DNA from: Candidatus Nomurabacteria bacterium
GTDB taxonomy: Bacteria > Patescibacteriota > Minisyncoccia > Phycocordibacterales > UBA1006
NCBI GenBank assembly: GCA_020632195.1
Contig: JACKGA010000002.1
Location: 2,896-66,895 of the forward strand
Reading direction: 5' to 3'
DNA length: 64,000 nt
The notes under the pieces are model-generated. The model worked only from the letters and a program-made list of their open reading frames with translations, was not told where the DNA came from and searched no databases. The translations under genes were made by a program, and so were the position numbers. Shown here piece after piece: positions 48,201-59,450 of this stretch (positions within the stretch are counted from its first letter, which is position 1; the number at the start of each line of letters is the position of its first letter).

Positions 48201-48464
48201 ATGTTGAAGATTGTATATATGTCCAAATTTTTACGTCGACTCAAAAAATTAGATCCACAATTACGCCAAGAAATCTATGAAAAAGTAGGGCTTTTTAAAG
48301 ATCCTGCAAATCATGATCGCCTGCGTGTGCATGTGCTAAGAGGAAATCTATCAGGTTTTTGGAGTTTTTCAGTAAATTATAAAATACGGATTGTATTCGA
48401 ATATCGAGATAATGAAACAGTCAATCTGCTCTCTGTTGGAGGTCACGATGTGTACAAACACTAA
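48201..48464 (+). CDS. Type II toxin, RelE/ParE superfamily
   Basis: 87 aa. LRGNLSGFWSFSVNYKIRIVFEYRDNETVNLLSVGGHDVY is a typical RelE/ParE-fold C-terminus. Confidence 0.7.
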   Translation: MLKIVYMSKFLRRLKKLDPQLRQEIYEKVGLFKDPANHDRLRVHVLRGNLSGFWSFSVNYKIRIVFEYRDNETVNLLSVGGHDVYKH

Positions 48465-48624
48465 ACTCGAAGCTTTGTCATCACCCGATCAAGTCAGATG
48501 TAGGCTCTGCATTTTACTCTCGCTACACTGAGGCATACTAATTCCAGGATCCATAAAACTACTTGGGATATGGATTCTGATAGAAGCATGTGCTCGCGAA
48601 AGCGAGTATCAGACAAGCTGAGAG

Positions 48625-51411
48625 TTATTTTTTTTTCTTCAAAACCTTCTTCAAATACCTTCCTGTATGCGATCCAGTTTCCTGTGCCACTTCTTCAGGT
48701 GTCCCTGTGGCAATTATCTTCCCACCACCTTCTCCACCCTCGGGACCAAAGTCAATAATATAGTCAGCAGACTTAACCACATCCAGATTGTGCTCGATGA
48801 CAATCACTGAATTACCCCGATCGACAAGGCGATTCAAGATTTCGATCAATTTTTTGACATCTTCAAAGTGTAGACCTACCGTTGGCTCATCGAGCAAGTA
48901 GACCGTCTTTTGTGTCATGGGGCGATAGAGTTCCGAGGCGATTTTGACGCGTTGTGATTCCCCTCCAGAAAGTGTGTTGGCTGGCTGCCCGAGTTTGAGA
49001 TACCCAAGCCCCACATCCATAAGGGTACTCATGCGATCGTGAATCGCTGGTACATCATGGAAAAATTCTGTTGCTTCTTCGACAGTCATATCCAAAACCT
49101 CATCAACATTTTTCTTTTTATACTTGACTTGAAGTGTTTCTTTTTCAAATCGCTTTCCATTACACACATCACATTCCACATAGACCGTCGGAAGGAAGTG
49201 CATTTCTACGGCAATCTCTCCGCGCCCTTGGCAGTTTTCACACCGACCTCCTTTCACATTAAAGGAAAATCGTCCTGCTTTCCAACCACGAATACGTGAT
49301 TCTTCCACCTCGGCAAAGAGTTCACGGATAAATGTCCATGCGCCAGTGTACGTCGCTGGATTTGATCGGGGGGTGCGCCCAATCGGCGATTGATCAACCA
49401 GGATCACCCGAGAAATTTCTTTTCCACCTTCGAATTTTCCAGCATTATATACCTTGGCACTACGATACTTGCGATCGTACTTTGCACGCAAATTGGTATG
49501 GAGAATGCCGTAAAGGAAAGAAGATTTCCCAGATCCAGAAACACCCGTAATAGTAACCAGTCGGCCCAGAGGCACCTCTGCCGATAGATCTTCGATATTA
49601 TGTAGTCGCCCACCTTGGACCTTGATCAGTCCCTTGTCGCGTGTTCGACGCACCTCGGGGACTTCGATAGCCTTGTCGCCACGCAAGTAGTCAAGCGTGA
49701 GCGAGCGTGCCTGAGTATCAGCCATAAGCGTATCGAGAAATCCATCAGCCACGAGGTGTCCCCCATGGACGCCAGCCCCTGGACCAATATCGACAAGATA
49801 GTCAGAGGCGCGAATGACTTCTTCATCATGCTCGACGACAATGATCGTATTCCCTGCATCACGCAGTTGGGTCAGTGTCTTGATGAGGCGCTCATTGTCT
49901 CGCTCATGCAAGCCAATCGTTGGCTCATCGAGGACATACAGTGCTCCTACCAGCTTGGAGCCGAGCTGGGAAGCTAGACGGATACGCTGCGCCTCTCCAC
50001 CACTGATGGTGTTGGCACGACGATTGAGAGTCAGGTAGTTGAGCCCAACATTGAGCATAAATTGTAGTCGCGATTCGATTTCATTGAGCAACACACCTGC
50101 AACTTCCATATCTTTTGCTGAAAGATCAAGCTCGAGAATGAAATCATGTGCGTCGCTAATCGAGAGCTGTGAAAACTCATAAATCGAAAGACCCTGGCGT
50201 TCGAAGCCTGATTTTTTCTTAAGATTACCTTTTTCATCAAGATACACTTCAGGGATTGAATGATGTGACTCGATGAGCTTTTTCTCGTATTTTTGTGCTT
50301 GAGCCGGCGACCCAAAAAGCACAAAGGATGCTTCCCTACGCAAGCGCGACCCCTGACAAACGCGACATTGATCATCTTGCTCATTGCCAAAAAGGTGTCG
50401 CGTCCCCAATCCTTTACATTCTTCACACGCACCATACGGACTATTGAAAGAAAATATGCGTGGCTCGATTTCAGGGAATGAAAATCCATCTTCTGGGCAC
50501 ACCCATTGTGCCGACATGAGAAACTCTTCTGTTGTACTATCTTTTGGCTGCTTTTCACCAGCAGGCACTCCCCCGACCACGACACGCACCAAGCCATCGG
50601 ATTCTTCGATGGCGCGTTCTACGGCTTCGGCAAGACGCATACGAAAATCATCTGGATCGCTGGCGCGTTCTACTGCTGAAAATTCATCAACCAGAAAATC
50701 AATATCGTGCTTTTTATTTTTTGAGAGAATAATTTGATCTCGTAAATTTTTGACGACACCATCCACACGAGCATAGAGAAAGCCATTATTCAATGCATCA
50801 TAGAGCATCTGATAATACTCCCCCTTACGTCCACGTACTACAGGGGCATAAATTTGAATAACTGACTCATTCCAGGTGATTCCCATGAGTTCTTTTTTCT
50901 TGCCTGTCGAGTGTTTTTCAAGTTCTTCGATTTTTCCCTCGACAAAATGGATAATCTCATCATTCGACATTTTTTTGATCCGCGCTCCTGAGATTGGCGA
51001 ATACGCACGACCCACACGGGCGAACAACACACGCAGGTAATCATAAATTTCAGTCATTGTTGCAATCGTCGAGCGTGGATTGCGAGATCCTGATTTTTGA
51101 TCAATAGAAATAGCTGGAGATAATCCAGTAATCTCATCTACATCAGGCTTCGGCATTTGAGAAAGAAACTGTCGTGCATAGGCTGACAATGATTCGACAT
51201 AACGTCGTTGCCCCTCGGCAAAAATAGTATCGAAAGCAAGAGATGACTTACCCGAACCAGAGAGTCCTGTAATCGCCACCATATTATTACGAGGGATCGC
51301 AACATCAAAGTTTTTGAGATTATGGGTGCGTGCGCCCTTTACCACAATTTTTTCTGCCCCCGGGCGAAAGTGTTCTTGGTATTGATCTTTTTTAGAATTT
51401 TTTGCTGACAT
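48625..51411 (-). CDS. uvrA: Excinuclease ABC subunit A
   Basis: Two ABC modules ([18 protein letters not shown]; [24 protein letters not shown]) and zinc fingers (CxxC). 928 aa. Confidence 0.93.
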   Translation of the reverse strand: MSAKNSKKDQYQEHFRPGAEKIVVKGARTHNLKNFDVAIPRNNMVAITGLSGSGKSSLAFDTIFAEGQRRYVESLSAYARQFLSQMPKPDVDEITGLSPAISIDQKSGSRNPRSTIATMTEIYDYLRVLFARVGRAYSPISGARIKKMSNDEIIHFVEGKIEELEKHSTGKKKELMGITWNESVIQIYAPVVRGRKGEYYQMLYDALNNGFLYARVDGVVKNLRDQIILSKNKKHDIDFLVDEFSAVERASDPDDFRMRLAEAVERAIEESDGLVRVVVGGVPAGEKQPKDSTTEEFLMSAQWVCPEDGFSFPEIEPRIFSFNSPYGACEECKGLGTRHLFGNEQDDQCRVCQGSRLRREASFVLFGSPAQAQKYEKKLIESHHSIPEVYLDEKGNLKKKSGFERQGLSIYEFSQLSISDAHDFILELDLSAKDMEVAGVLLNEIESRLQFMLNVGLNYLTLNRRANTISGGEAQRIRLASQLGSKLVGALYVLDEPTIGLHERDNERLIKTLTQLRDAGNTIIVVEHDEEVIRASDYLVDIGPGAGVHGGHLVADGFLDTLMADTQARSLTLDYLRGDKAIEVPEVRRTRDKGLIKVQGGRLHNIEDLSAEVPLGRLVTITGVSGSGKSSFLYGILHTNLRAKYDRKYRSAKVYNAGKFEGGKEISRVILVDQSPIGRTPRSNPATYTGAWTFIRELFAEVEESRIRGWKAGRFSFNVKGGRCENCQGRGEIAVEMHFLPTVYVECDVCNGKRFEKETLQVKYKKKNVDEVLDMTVEEATEFFHDVPAIHDRMSTLMDVGLGYLKLGQPANTLSGGESQRVKIASELYRPMTQKTVYLLDEPTVGLHFEDVKKLIEILNRLVDRGNSVIVIEHNLDVVKSADYIIDFGPEGGEGGGKIIATGTPEEVAQETGSHTGRYLKKVLKKKK

Positions 51412-51530
51412 AATTCATGAGTATAGCGTATTACCTATCTATGGGCTAGGGGTGGAACAACACCTTGACGAATGCTTGTAATGAGCGTACTTTAAATATA
51501 ATTGTTTAATAATTTAAAAAGGAGGAAAAA

Positions 51531-51824
51531 ATGGAAACGCTAGAGATAATGTTCTGGCTCGCAGTCCCCGTGGCTCCCGTGATAAGTTTTTGCCTTATTG
51601 GCTTGACCTTATACAGGAGGAGATATTTTTCTAGATTGCTGTATCTGCTCTCTGCAACACTGGGTATTATACTCATAGCCGCAGTAGCAACCCATTGGCA
51701 ATTGCCTACGTGGGTTATCATGGGATACTTATTCCCAAGTTGCGTACTGATATTTTTTATCATACGTTCCACCTATCATAAAAAACCATGGAAATGGTGG
51801 AAAATTGTAAAAGAGAAAAAATAG
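51531..51824 (+). CDS. Small hypothetical membrane protein
   Basis: 97 aa with 3 TM helices. Strong SD AAGGAGG 7 nt upstream of the ATG. Confidence 0.6.
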   Translation: METLEIMFWLAVPVAPVISFCLIGLTLYRRRYFSRLLYLLSATLGIILIAAVATHWQLPTWVIMGYLFPSCVLIFFIIRSTYHKKPWKWWKIVKEKK

Positions 51825-51991
51825 AAGAAAGGAGACCAGTCAATGAAAAAAGGGGGAGAATTTCTTGCCCTTTTTATTTTTCATAACTCTTGATGCACAA
51901 TGCAAAAATATACAGTGTGTTTTGTATTGATATCTTTTTCCTATCTATGAGCGAATGTATTCTTAGTTTCCTTCTCCAAATACCCCCACCA

Positions 51992-52015
51992 AAAAACCAC
52001 CTCCCGGTGGTTTTT
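51992..52015. terminator. Bidirectional terminator
   Basis: AAAAACCACC tccc GGTGGTTTTT, immediately downstream of the 52031 stop on the minus strand. Confidence 0.7.
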
Positions 52016-52030
52016 GTGTTAAGAAGAGTA

Positions 52031-54647
52031 TTAGTTTGTTCCACAGCTGTTGTTGATAGCTGCTTTGGTAAAGGGTCCTACAATACCATCTGCTCCTGCT
52101 GGTCCCAGGTCTGCATTGAGGGTGGTAGCAAGGGCTTGTTGGAGTCGTTGTACGCCTTGTTTGGTAAGAGGTCCATAGATACCGTCTACTGGTCCTGCTG
52201 CTTGGTTGTATTGTGAAGCAAGGATGCGGTTGATGTGTTGTTGTACGAGATGTACTTGGGTTACGGTTGCTTTGTTGTAGGTACCATAGGTATTGTCTCT
52301 GTCTCCTTGTTTCATGTTGTTAGTGATGAGGAGGTTGGTACTACATTGTCCTGAGTTGAGGATGTCTGATACGTCTGTAGGTGGGGTTAGTGGTTGTGGC
52401 GTATCAGTGGTATAGGTACAGAGTGATGGTTTGTGACGTACGAACTGTGAATCATTGTAGTTTGTTGCGGTAGGGTCAGTACAGGCGTAGTTGATGGAGG
52501 ATCCGCTTCGTGGGGAGGGAATAGCATAAGTACCTATACTTGTGTTCCCAGCTAAGTCAGTTGCAGTTGCAGTAAGAGTTTGCCCCGCTGAAGGCGATGG
52601 TTGTGGATTGATACATTCCCATGTTCCACCTGATACCGTGATGGGGTCATTATCACAAGCAATACCCGCAAGCGTGACCATAGTGCCATCTTCTCCTGTC
52701 CCAGTAATAGTAGTTGCTCCTGGAGTTACGGGATTGATAAGAGGAGTCGTTGGCGCAGTGGTGTCGATACCTCCCGGCGCGGTAGTGGCTGATGTATTAC
52801 CAAAGTCATCAGTTGCGGTTGCGGTAATGTCTTCTCCATCAAGAGGTGCTGGGGCAAGAGTACAGCTGTAGTTTCCCCCACTATCTGCCGTGGTTGTACA
52901 GGTAGCGCCTGATGGTGTCGTGATAGTCACCGAGCTAAGAGGCTCGGCTGTGCCTGATACTGGCGCACCTGTCGTTGGTGTATTGAGTATAGTGTGTTGG
53001 ATAGTTGTATCAAGAGTAATGACCAACTGATCTGAATAATCTGATACATTACCAAAATCATCCGTTTCTGTAGCGATGACACTATAAACACCATTCGTCC
53101 ATGGACCTAGGGTTGCACTGACGGTACCTGGCGCTGTACAAGCGATCGTATCGACGTGGAAACCATCGACAAAAATAGTCATGACCGAATCAGATTCGGT
53201 ACATACAAAATCAACGATAGGTGATGCTTGATTGGTCATATCATCAATTGATGAAGAGCCCGTATCGGATCCTGTTTGAAGATCTGGTGTTGCTGGTGTT
53301 GCTGGCGGCGTCACATCGATTTCATAACCTGTCTCTGTAGCAGTATTCGTGTTCCCCGCTACATCAGTAACATTGATCTGGATATCTCCGGTACCTGTAT
53401 GGTCATCAATCTGCAGTGTACAGTCAACGCGAGACGTATTGGTTTGTGTACAGGAGACATTTGAGATTGAAAATGATCCCACGGTATTGGTTGCCACGAC
53501 AGATACGTCACCTGCGTTGATAGCCGTATCATCCTGAACCGTGATGGTAGTGTTCGTAATAGCAGCATTGTCTGCTTTGGTTGGTGCCGTAACGGTAATA
53601 GTCGGCAGAATAGTTTCAATAATAAATGATTGATTATTTTTTCCTATAGCACCATTTCCTGCATCTGTTGCAGTAACCGTGATCGTCCCCGTGGTGGTAA
53701 GAGCACCAATCGTACAGGTAACTGGTTGGACATAGGGAGCAGTTGTATTGCTATTGGTATCTGTACAAGTGCCAAGAGTCGCCCCTGTCCCGCCGTCGAA
53801 TACATTAATGGCACTAATATTATTACCCGATGGAGTCGTCACGGTAAAAGTAGCATCAGTAATCGTGGTATTGCTAATAGGTGTTGGCGTCGAGAATGTA
53901 ATAAGAGGGACAAAACGTACTTCTGATTCACTACTATTCCCTGCCGTGTCAAAAACACGAACCGTAATCTCATGATAAAAAGGCGCCGTCATTAATTCAT
54001 TTGGATCAAGAGATAACGTTACGGGAGACGTTGCAGGAGAGAGCGTTTGTGGATTACCCGAACTATCGACGTAGTCAATCTCATAATAATCTACCGCAAC
54101 ATTATCAAGAGAAGAAAAAGTGATGATGGGATTATTGGGGTCATTGGTCGTCACATCGATAGATGTGGATGGTATCTGTGGTAGTACGGTGTCTATAATA
54201 TAGTTTGATTCTATGCCATAACCTCCTTCGGTGGTGGTGATGACAAGATTCCCTGTACTATCAATATCAATAGTACAGTCTACTTGTGTGATCGAGATTT
54301 GAGTACAGCTCAGGTTTGAATAGGTTGCGGTGGTGTCGGGGTGTATTTGTACATCGGTAGCAAGGATGCTCGTTGGGTGCGTAATAGTGATAGTAGTATC
54401 AGTAATACTGGCATTGTCGAGTTTGGTTGGTGCGGTGATGGAGATATCAGTAGCCCAGGCGATGCGGGCGAGGCGGTTGCGAGACACTCCTCTATAAGTA
54501 GTAAATCTACCACCAACGACAATCTTTCCATCGGGTTGAATGAGGTGTGCGTATGCAATGTCATTGAAACCCGATGAAGAAACACCAAAAGATGTATCTG
54601 GAGAGCCATCAGAGTTCAGGCGAATGATGCGATTCCGTAATGTCCCA
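52031..54647 (-). CDS. C-terminal part of a giant surface protein: Ig-like repeat region + two PG_binding_1-like repeats (frame continues upstream of the annotated Met)
   Basis: Repeated T/N/D-rich beta-type modules (ITVTAPTKADNAAITNTTITV ...). C-terminus GPVDGIYGPLTKQGVQRLQQAL and GADGIVGPFTKAAI is peptidoglycan-binding-like. The same frame stays open to about 54647 and encodes one more delta-60-type repeat. Confidence 0.7.
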
Positions 54648-55640
54648 TTATATATATGCAGTAAACCAGCCGGTCACAATAATCTTACCATCTGACTGGA
54701 CATTGCTCATAAATACGTGACTATTAAACCCAGCTCCGATACTAAATGTCGTATCACGACTACCGTCGGGATTGAGGCGAATGATACGATTAGCAGAAAC
54801 CCCTTGAAATGTAGTAAATTGTCCGACTACAAGTATTTTGCCGTCTGTTTGGACAGTTATATTATACAGGATATTGTTAAACCCAGAGCCAATAGTGAAT
54901 GTGGTGTCAAGTGATCCATCGGGATTCAGGCGGGCGAGGCGCACACGAGAAACACCATTGTATGCAGTAAAAGTACCGCCAACGAGAATCTTCCCATCCG
55001 TCTGTAAAGTGACGCCATTAACGTAATTGTTAAACCCAGAGCCAATAGTGAATGTGGTGTCAAGTGATCCATCGGGATTCAGGCGGGCGAGGCGCACACG
55101 AGAAACACCGTTGTATGCAGTAAAATAACCACCAACGACAATCTTTCCATCGGGTTGAACAACGACATTTCGAGTAATATTGTTAAACCCAGTGCCAACA
55201 TTAAACGTCGTATCAAGTGATCCATCAGAATTGATGCGGGCAATGCGATTGATTGCAGTGCCGTTATATGAGGTAAATTGCCCCACGACAAGAATCTTAC
55301 CATCTGTTTGTATTGCAAGACCACGAACTTGATTATTAAACCCAGTGCCAACATTAAACGTCGTATCAAGTGATCCATCAGAATTGATGCGGGCAATGCG
55401 ATTGATTGCAGTGCCGTTATATGAGGTAAACATACCTCCTGCAATGACTTTCCCATCTGGTTGCTGCTCGAGCGCAATAACATAGTCGTTAAACCCCGTC
55501 CCAACATTAAATGTGGTATCTAGGGTGCCGTCTGAGGCAAATACCGAAAATACACCCACAGCAAAAAATGCAATAAAGATAACAAAGAGGCTGATAATGT
55601 TTTTGAGTGAAAATAATTTGGTCATGGTAAATATATACAA
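54648..55640 (-). CDS. N-terminal part of the same surface protein: signal peptide + six delta-60-type repeats
   Basis: Signal/TM FSLKNIISLFVIFIAFFAVGVFSVFA. A ~50-aa repeat DGSLDTTF.(V/I)G.GFNN......Q.DGKI(L/V)VGG.FT.YNG......R(I/L)N occurs 6 times. The ORF ends at a TAA inside a (TA)n run. Confidence 0.7.
   Translation of the reverse strand: MYIFTMTKLFSLKNIISLFVIFIAFFAVGVFSVFASDGTLDTTFNVGTGFNDYVIALEQQPDGKVIAGGMFTSYNGTAINRIARINSDGSLDTTFNVGTGFNNQVRGLAIQTDGKILVVGQFTSYNGTAINRIARINSDGSLDTTFNVGTGFNNITRNVVVQPDGKIVVGGYFTAYNGVSRVRLARLNPDGSLDTTFTIGSGFNNYVNGVTLQTDGKILVGGTFTAYNGVSRVRLARLNPDGSLDTTFTIGSGFNNILYNITVQTDGKILVVGQFTTFQGVSANRIIRLNPDGSRDTTFSIGAGFNSHVFMSNVQSDGKIIVTGWFTAYI
54876..55430 (-). repeat. 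Near-identical 150/153-bp tandem coding repeats
   Basis: About 97 nt at 54876 recurs at 55029 with one mismatch seen. A second pair lies near 55184 and 55334. Confidence 0.75.
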
Positions 55641-55774
55641 AATAACGCGTAACTAATGCTCATAGTATAGCATACTTGGATAAGAAAAAGTTTCATATGT
55701 AAAATACAATATGATCAAGATGCTACAAACAAGTGTAAGCAAAATATAGGCCTTCTCTTCAATCTATTATAGAC

Positions 55775-57847
55775 TTAATCGCCCTGCTCTTTCTTCTCCA
55801 ATAAAATAATCTCATCCCTGATAATAGCTGCCGATTCGAAATCGAGTCGTTCTACGGCATCTTCCATTTGTTCGCGTTTACGCTTGATGACTTTTTTGAC
55901 ATCACCACCATACGCTGCAAGATCTATCTTGAGCTGTTGATGGACCGTCTTGGCATGGCTTGATTCGAGTTGTTCGGTGATATCTTTAATTTTTTTCTTC
56001 ACCGTCTGTGGTGTGATATTGTGTTTTTTGTTATATGCCAGCTGGATTTCTCGACGACGTGCTGTTTCATCGATGGCGTACTGCATGGCGGGTGTTATCG
56101 TATCTGCATACAGCGTCACGCGCCCGCCGACATTACGTGCTGCGCGACCAATCGTCTGCACGAGCGAGGTTTCGCTACGCAAAAACCCAGATTTATCCGC
56201 ATCGAGAATTGCTACCAAAGTAACCTCAGGCAGGTCGAGCCCTTCGCGCAGCAAGTTTACCCCGATCAAACAATCGAATTCACCCTTGCGTAGGCTCGTA
56301 AGGATTTTGATACGGTCAAGTGTTTCGACATCACTATGTAAATATTCGGCCTTAATCTTGCGCTCAGTCAGGTATTCTGCCAAGTCTTCTGCCATTTTTT
56401 TTGTCAAGGTTGTCGCCAATACACGTCCACCTTTTTCAATTTCGGCGACGGCGTCGTTAATGAAATCTTGTATTTGACCAGGATATTGAGTGGCCTGACC
56501 CAGCGAGATTCCTGCTTTCGCAGGAATGACAGTCGATGTTGGTGTTACTGGGCGGACATCGATTTCTGGGTCAACCAAACCAGTCGGGCGAATAATCTGC
56601 TCGACGATCTGGCTACTCATTTCTTTGTTCGCATCTGATGGTGTCGCTGAGACAAAAATAGTCTGCCCCACCCGATCCCAAAATTCATTCATCTGCAACG
56701 GACGATTATCTTTGGCACTCGGCAAACGAAAACCAAACTCAACCAAATTTTCTTTGCGGGAACGATCAGCAGCATACATACCACCGATCTGCGGAGTGGT
56801 GACATGTGATTCATCAATCACGGTCAAAAAATCAGGCTTGCCATTTGCATCATGTGGAAAATATGACAAGAGTGTATCTGGCGCTTCCCCTTCTGCTTTG
56901 CCCGACATATGGCGCGAATAGTTTTCGATACCACGACAATATCCGATTTCACGCAACAATGCCAGATCATACCGTGTGCGGCGCTTGATACGCTCGAGCT
57001 CAAGAAGTTTTCCTTCTTTTTCAAATTTTTTGATCTGAGCGGCTAATTCTTTTTCGATCAAATCAATAGCGCGTAGGCGCTGATCTTCTGGCGTCATGAA
57101 GTGTTTCGCTGGGAAAATAAAGACTGCTTCATGTTCCTGAGTAATCGTCATCGAAATAGGATCAAGCTCGAGAATATTCACCACCCGTGATCCCATCATC
57201 TGAATCTGGAAAATAACCTCGCGCGAAGCTGGCATAATATCGATCACATTCCCTGTCGAGCGGTAGGTCCCTGGCTTGAGATCAGCCGTGGTGCGTTCGT
57301 ATTGCATACGCGAGAGATCTTTGAACAAATCACGCTTGATAACACTCTCCCCTGCCGCCAGAACAAGATGTTTTTTCTTGTATTCTTCGGGTGAACCCAA
57401 TCCATAAATACACGATACCGATGCTACAATAATTACATCATCTCGTGTCAGCAATGACTGAGTCGTTGCATGGCGCAAACGATCAATTTCGTCATTGATC
57501 TGTGCTTCTTTTTCTATATAGGTGTCGCTGGCTGCGAGATAGGCTTCTGGCTGATAGTAATCATAGTAACTCACAAAATAGTGCACCGCAGCATCGGGGA
57601 AAAATTCTTGGAATTCTTGTGCTAGCTGTGCGGCGAGTGTTTTGTTGTGAGCGATCACGAGAGTGGGTTTTTGGATTTCTTGGATGACATTGGCAATCGT
57701 GAATGTTTTACCCGAACCCGTCACGCCAAGCAGTGTTTGTTTTTCGTCGCCGCGACGAAGGCCCTCGACGAGTTGCTCAATGGCTTTTGGTTGATCGCCT
57801 GCTGGGGTGTAGTCGCTTTTTAATTGAAATGGTTGGTCTGACTTCAC
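55775..57847 (-). CDS. uvrB: Excinuclease ABC subunit B
   Basis: FQLKSDYTPAGDQPKAI N-terminus, GVTGSGKT, DESH, beta-hairpin region, C-terminal UVR domain (AAIIRDEI). GTG at 57845-57847 is proposed as the start, because the track ORF start runs through a terminator hairpin. Confidence 0.88.
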   Translation of the reverse strand: MKSDQPFQLKSDYTPAGDQPKAIEQLVEGLRRGDEKQTLLGVTGSGKTFTIANVIQEIQKPTLVIAHNKTLAAQLAQEFQEFFPDAAVHYFVSYYDYYQPEAYLAASDTYIEKEAQINDEIDRLRHATTQSLLTRDDVIIVASVSCIYGLGSPEEYKKKHLVLAAGESVIKRDLFKDLSRMQYERTTADLKPGTYRSTGNVIDIMPASREVIFQIQMMGSRVVNILELDPISMTITQEHEAVFIFPAKHFMTPEDQRLRAIDLIEKELAAQIKKFEKEGKLLELERIKRRTRYDLALLREIGYCRGIENYSRHMSGKAEGEAPDTLLSYFPHDANGKPDFLTVIDESHVTTPQIGGMYAADRSRKENLVEFGFRLPSAKDNRPLQMNEFWDRVGQTIFVSATPSDANKEMSSQIVEQIIRPTGLVDPEIDVRPVTPTSTVIPAKAGISLGQATQYPGQIQDFINDAVAEIEKGGRVLATTLTKKMAEDLAEYLTERKIKAEYLHSDVETLDRIKILTSLRKGEFDCLIGVNLLREGLDLPEVTLVAILDADKSGFLRSETSLVQTIGRAARNVGGRVTLYADTITPAMQYAIDETARRREIQLAYNKKHNITPQTVKKKIKDITEQLESSHAKTVHQQLKIDLAAYGGDVKKVIKRKREQMEDAVERLDFESAAIIRDEIILLEKKEQGD

Positions 57848-57876
57848 AGCGTAACGATACCACGAAAGCAAAAATG

Positions 57877-57916
57877 AAAAAACCACCCCGAACCAAAAAG
57901 GTTCGGGGTGGTTTTT
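57877..57916 (-). terminator. Rho-independent terminator of the 57939 gene (copy of 46922-46958)
   Basis: AAAAACCACCCCGAACC aaaaa GGTTCGGGGTGGTTTTT. Confidence 0.75.
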
Positions 57917-57938
57917 AATTGCTGAAGCTATCAAAACC

Positions 57939-59396
57939 TTAGAGCTTAATCCTTACTTCGCCAGTTGGTGTTTTATAAAGATCATTTTGCTGCAAGCCCC
58001 CGGCCCCAGCTGCTGTATCGTCAGCATAGGTTGGCATAGGCATATTGATAATCCCCTGAGTATCAATATGAAGTCGCTGATTATTCTGTGTTCTAACGGT
58101 AAATCCGTCACTATTTATGTTCCATCCGTTCTCATATCTGTTGCCTGTATCATAAATAAACATAGCATCTGCGCCGCCATCCGTAGACTCAACACGCGAA
58201 ATGTCAGTGATAATATTGTTCGAATCTAGAATTCCATAATAAATATTTGAATATGTCTTGCCTGGGGAATCAATAGCTGCATACCCTACTGCATACTCCT
58301 GATTTTTCTGCATCTCCCAAACGGCACCAGGTAATGCGTTGTAGGGGTTCATACTAAAATTAACCCTATAGTCCCCCGCAACATTGGTTCCATTGTTTAC
58401 ATCGACGCCCCCATACCAGTTACCTCGAGAACTGATAAATAAATCTTCTGCGGTATTTATATATGTATTTTCACTCGCAGACAAACTGATCTCATTACCG
58501 GCTGCTGCAAAGCCACTTAGATTGTTGAGGTTGAGGTAATAAGTTGAGGCACCATCAATATCAGTATTCTGAGTAAGTGAACCGCCTAATTCCACATCGC
58601 CACTAACCCCATCAGTAGAAAGCCCATTGGAAACAGTAACACCTCCAGCGCCTATAGATGCCCAGTTAAGATTCCCTGAGCCATCAGTCACTAGTGTCTG
58701 TCCCGAAGTACCATCAGAAAGAGGGAGGGTATACTGACCAACACCCATACTTCCTAACTGAAGACCATTAGAATTAAAGTTAAGAAAAGAACCTGTAAAT
58801 AAGCCTGCTGGGTCTTTGAAAAGAGAAACTGAAAAACCCTCATCATCAACAGAGAGAAAGCTTACATCTTGGGTTGATTCATCAATAAATAGCATGGTTG
58901 GCGAGACAATATCGTCTCCTGCTACAATGCCCCACTGTGAATTATCAAACACACCAATGGCACCCATTGCATCACCCTCTGTTTTATATGCACCTGCAAT
59001 ACTCATAGGCCCTGAGAATGCGTTAGGCGCCCCGAAAAGAGCGTCATATGCAGGAAGGTTGGTGGTTATAGTATCTTGTGAATTAACAAGGTATTGCTGT
59101 CCACTTGTTGATGATTGTTGGGTTACAACATCTCCTTGTACTTCTAGATCAAAAGAAGGATTATTGGTGCCAATACCAATATTGTCACTATCATTCCATA
59201 CTCCTGCACCGTTTTGGGTCCAGTCGGTATCTGATCCTCCTGCTGATACATAACAATCAACATCACCAGGATTACATCCTGGGTCTAGTGTTTGTCCTGG
59301 GGTAAAGGGTGCTGCGAATACCGTCATTGCTGTGGTCAAGAGTGCTGTGGTGAGAGCGATGAAGGTGTATTTGAGGGGTTGGGTGGTTGTTTTCAT
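57939..59396 (-). CDS. Secreted/surface protein, paralog of 46964-47830
   Basis: Shares the signal peptide and the N-terminal Cys-containing motif with the 288-aa paralog. 485 aa, Gly/Asn/Ser/Thr-rich. Confidence 0.6.
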   Translation of the reverse strand: MKTTTQPLKYTFIALTTALLTTAMTVFAAPFTPGQTLDPGCNPGDVDCYVSAGGSDTDWTQNGAGVWNDSDNIGIGTNNPSFDLEVQGDVVTQQSSTSGQQYLVNSQDTITTNLPAYDALFGAPNAFSGPMSIAGAYKTEGDAMGAIGVFDNSQWGIVAGDDIVSPTMLFIDESTQDVSFLSVDDEGFSVSLFKDPAGLFTGSFLNFNSNGLQLGSMGVGQYTLPLSDGTSGQTLVTDGSGNLNWASIGAGGVTVSNGLSTDGVSGDVELGGSLTQNTDIDGASTYYLNLNNLSGFAAAGNEISLSASENTYINTAEDLFISSRGNWYGGVDVNNGTNVAGDYRVNFSMNPYNALPGAVWEMQKNQEYAVGYAAIDSPGKTYSNIYYGILDSNNIITDISRVESTDGGADAMFIYDTGNRYENGWNINSDGFTVRTQNNQRLHIDTQGIINMPMPTYADDTAAGAGGLQQNDLYKTPTGEVRIKL

Positions 59397-59450
59397 GTTG
59401 TTGTTAAAATAATGTTAATGGGTAAATGATATGTGGTAGTATAGCAAAAT

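Noticed and set aside
57848-57934. Long N-terminus of UvrB (MIASAIKNHPEPFWFGVVFSFLLSWYRYA).
   Set aside because: It is encoded by the terminator hairpin of the upstream gene. Conserved UvrB sequence starts right after the GTG at 57845-57847.
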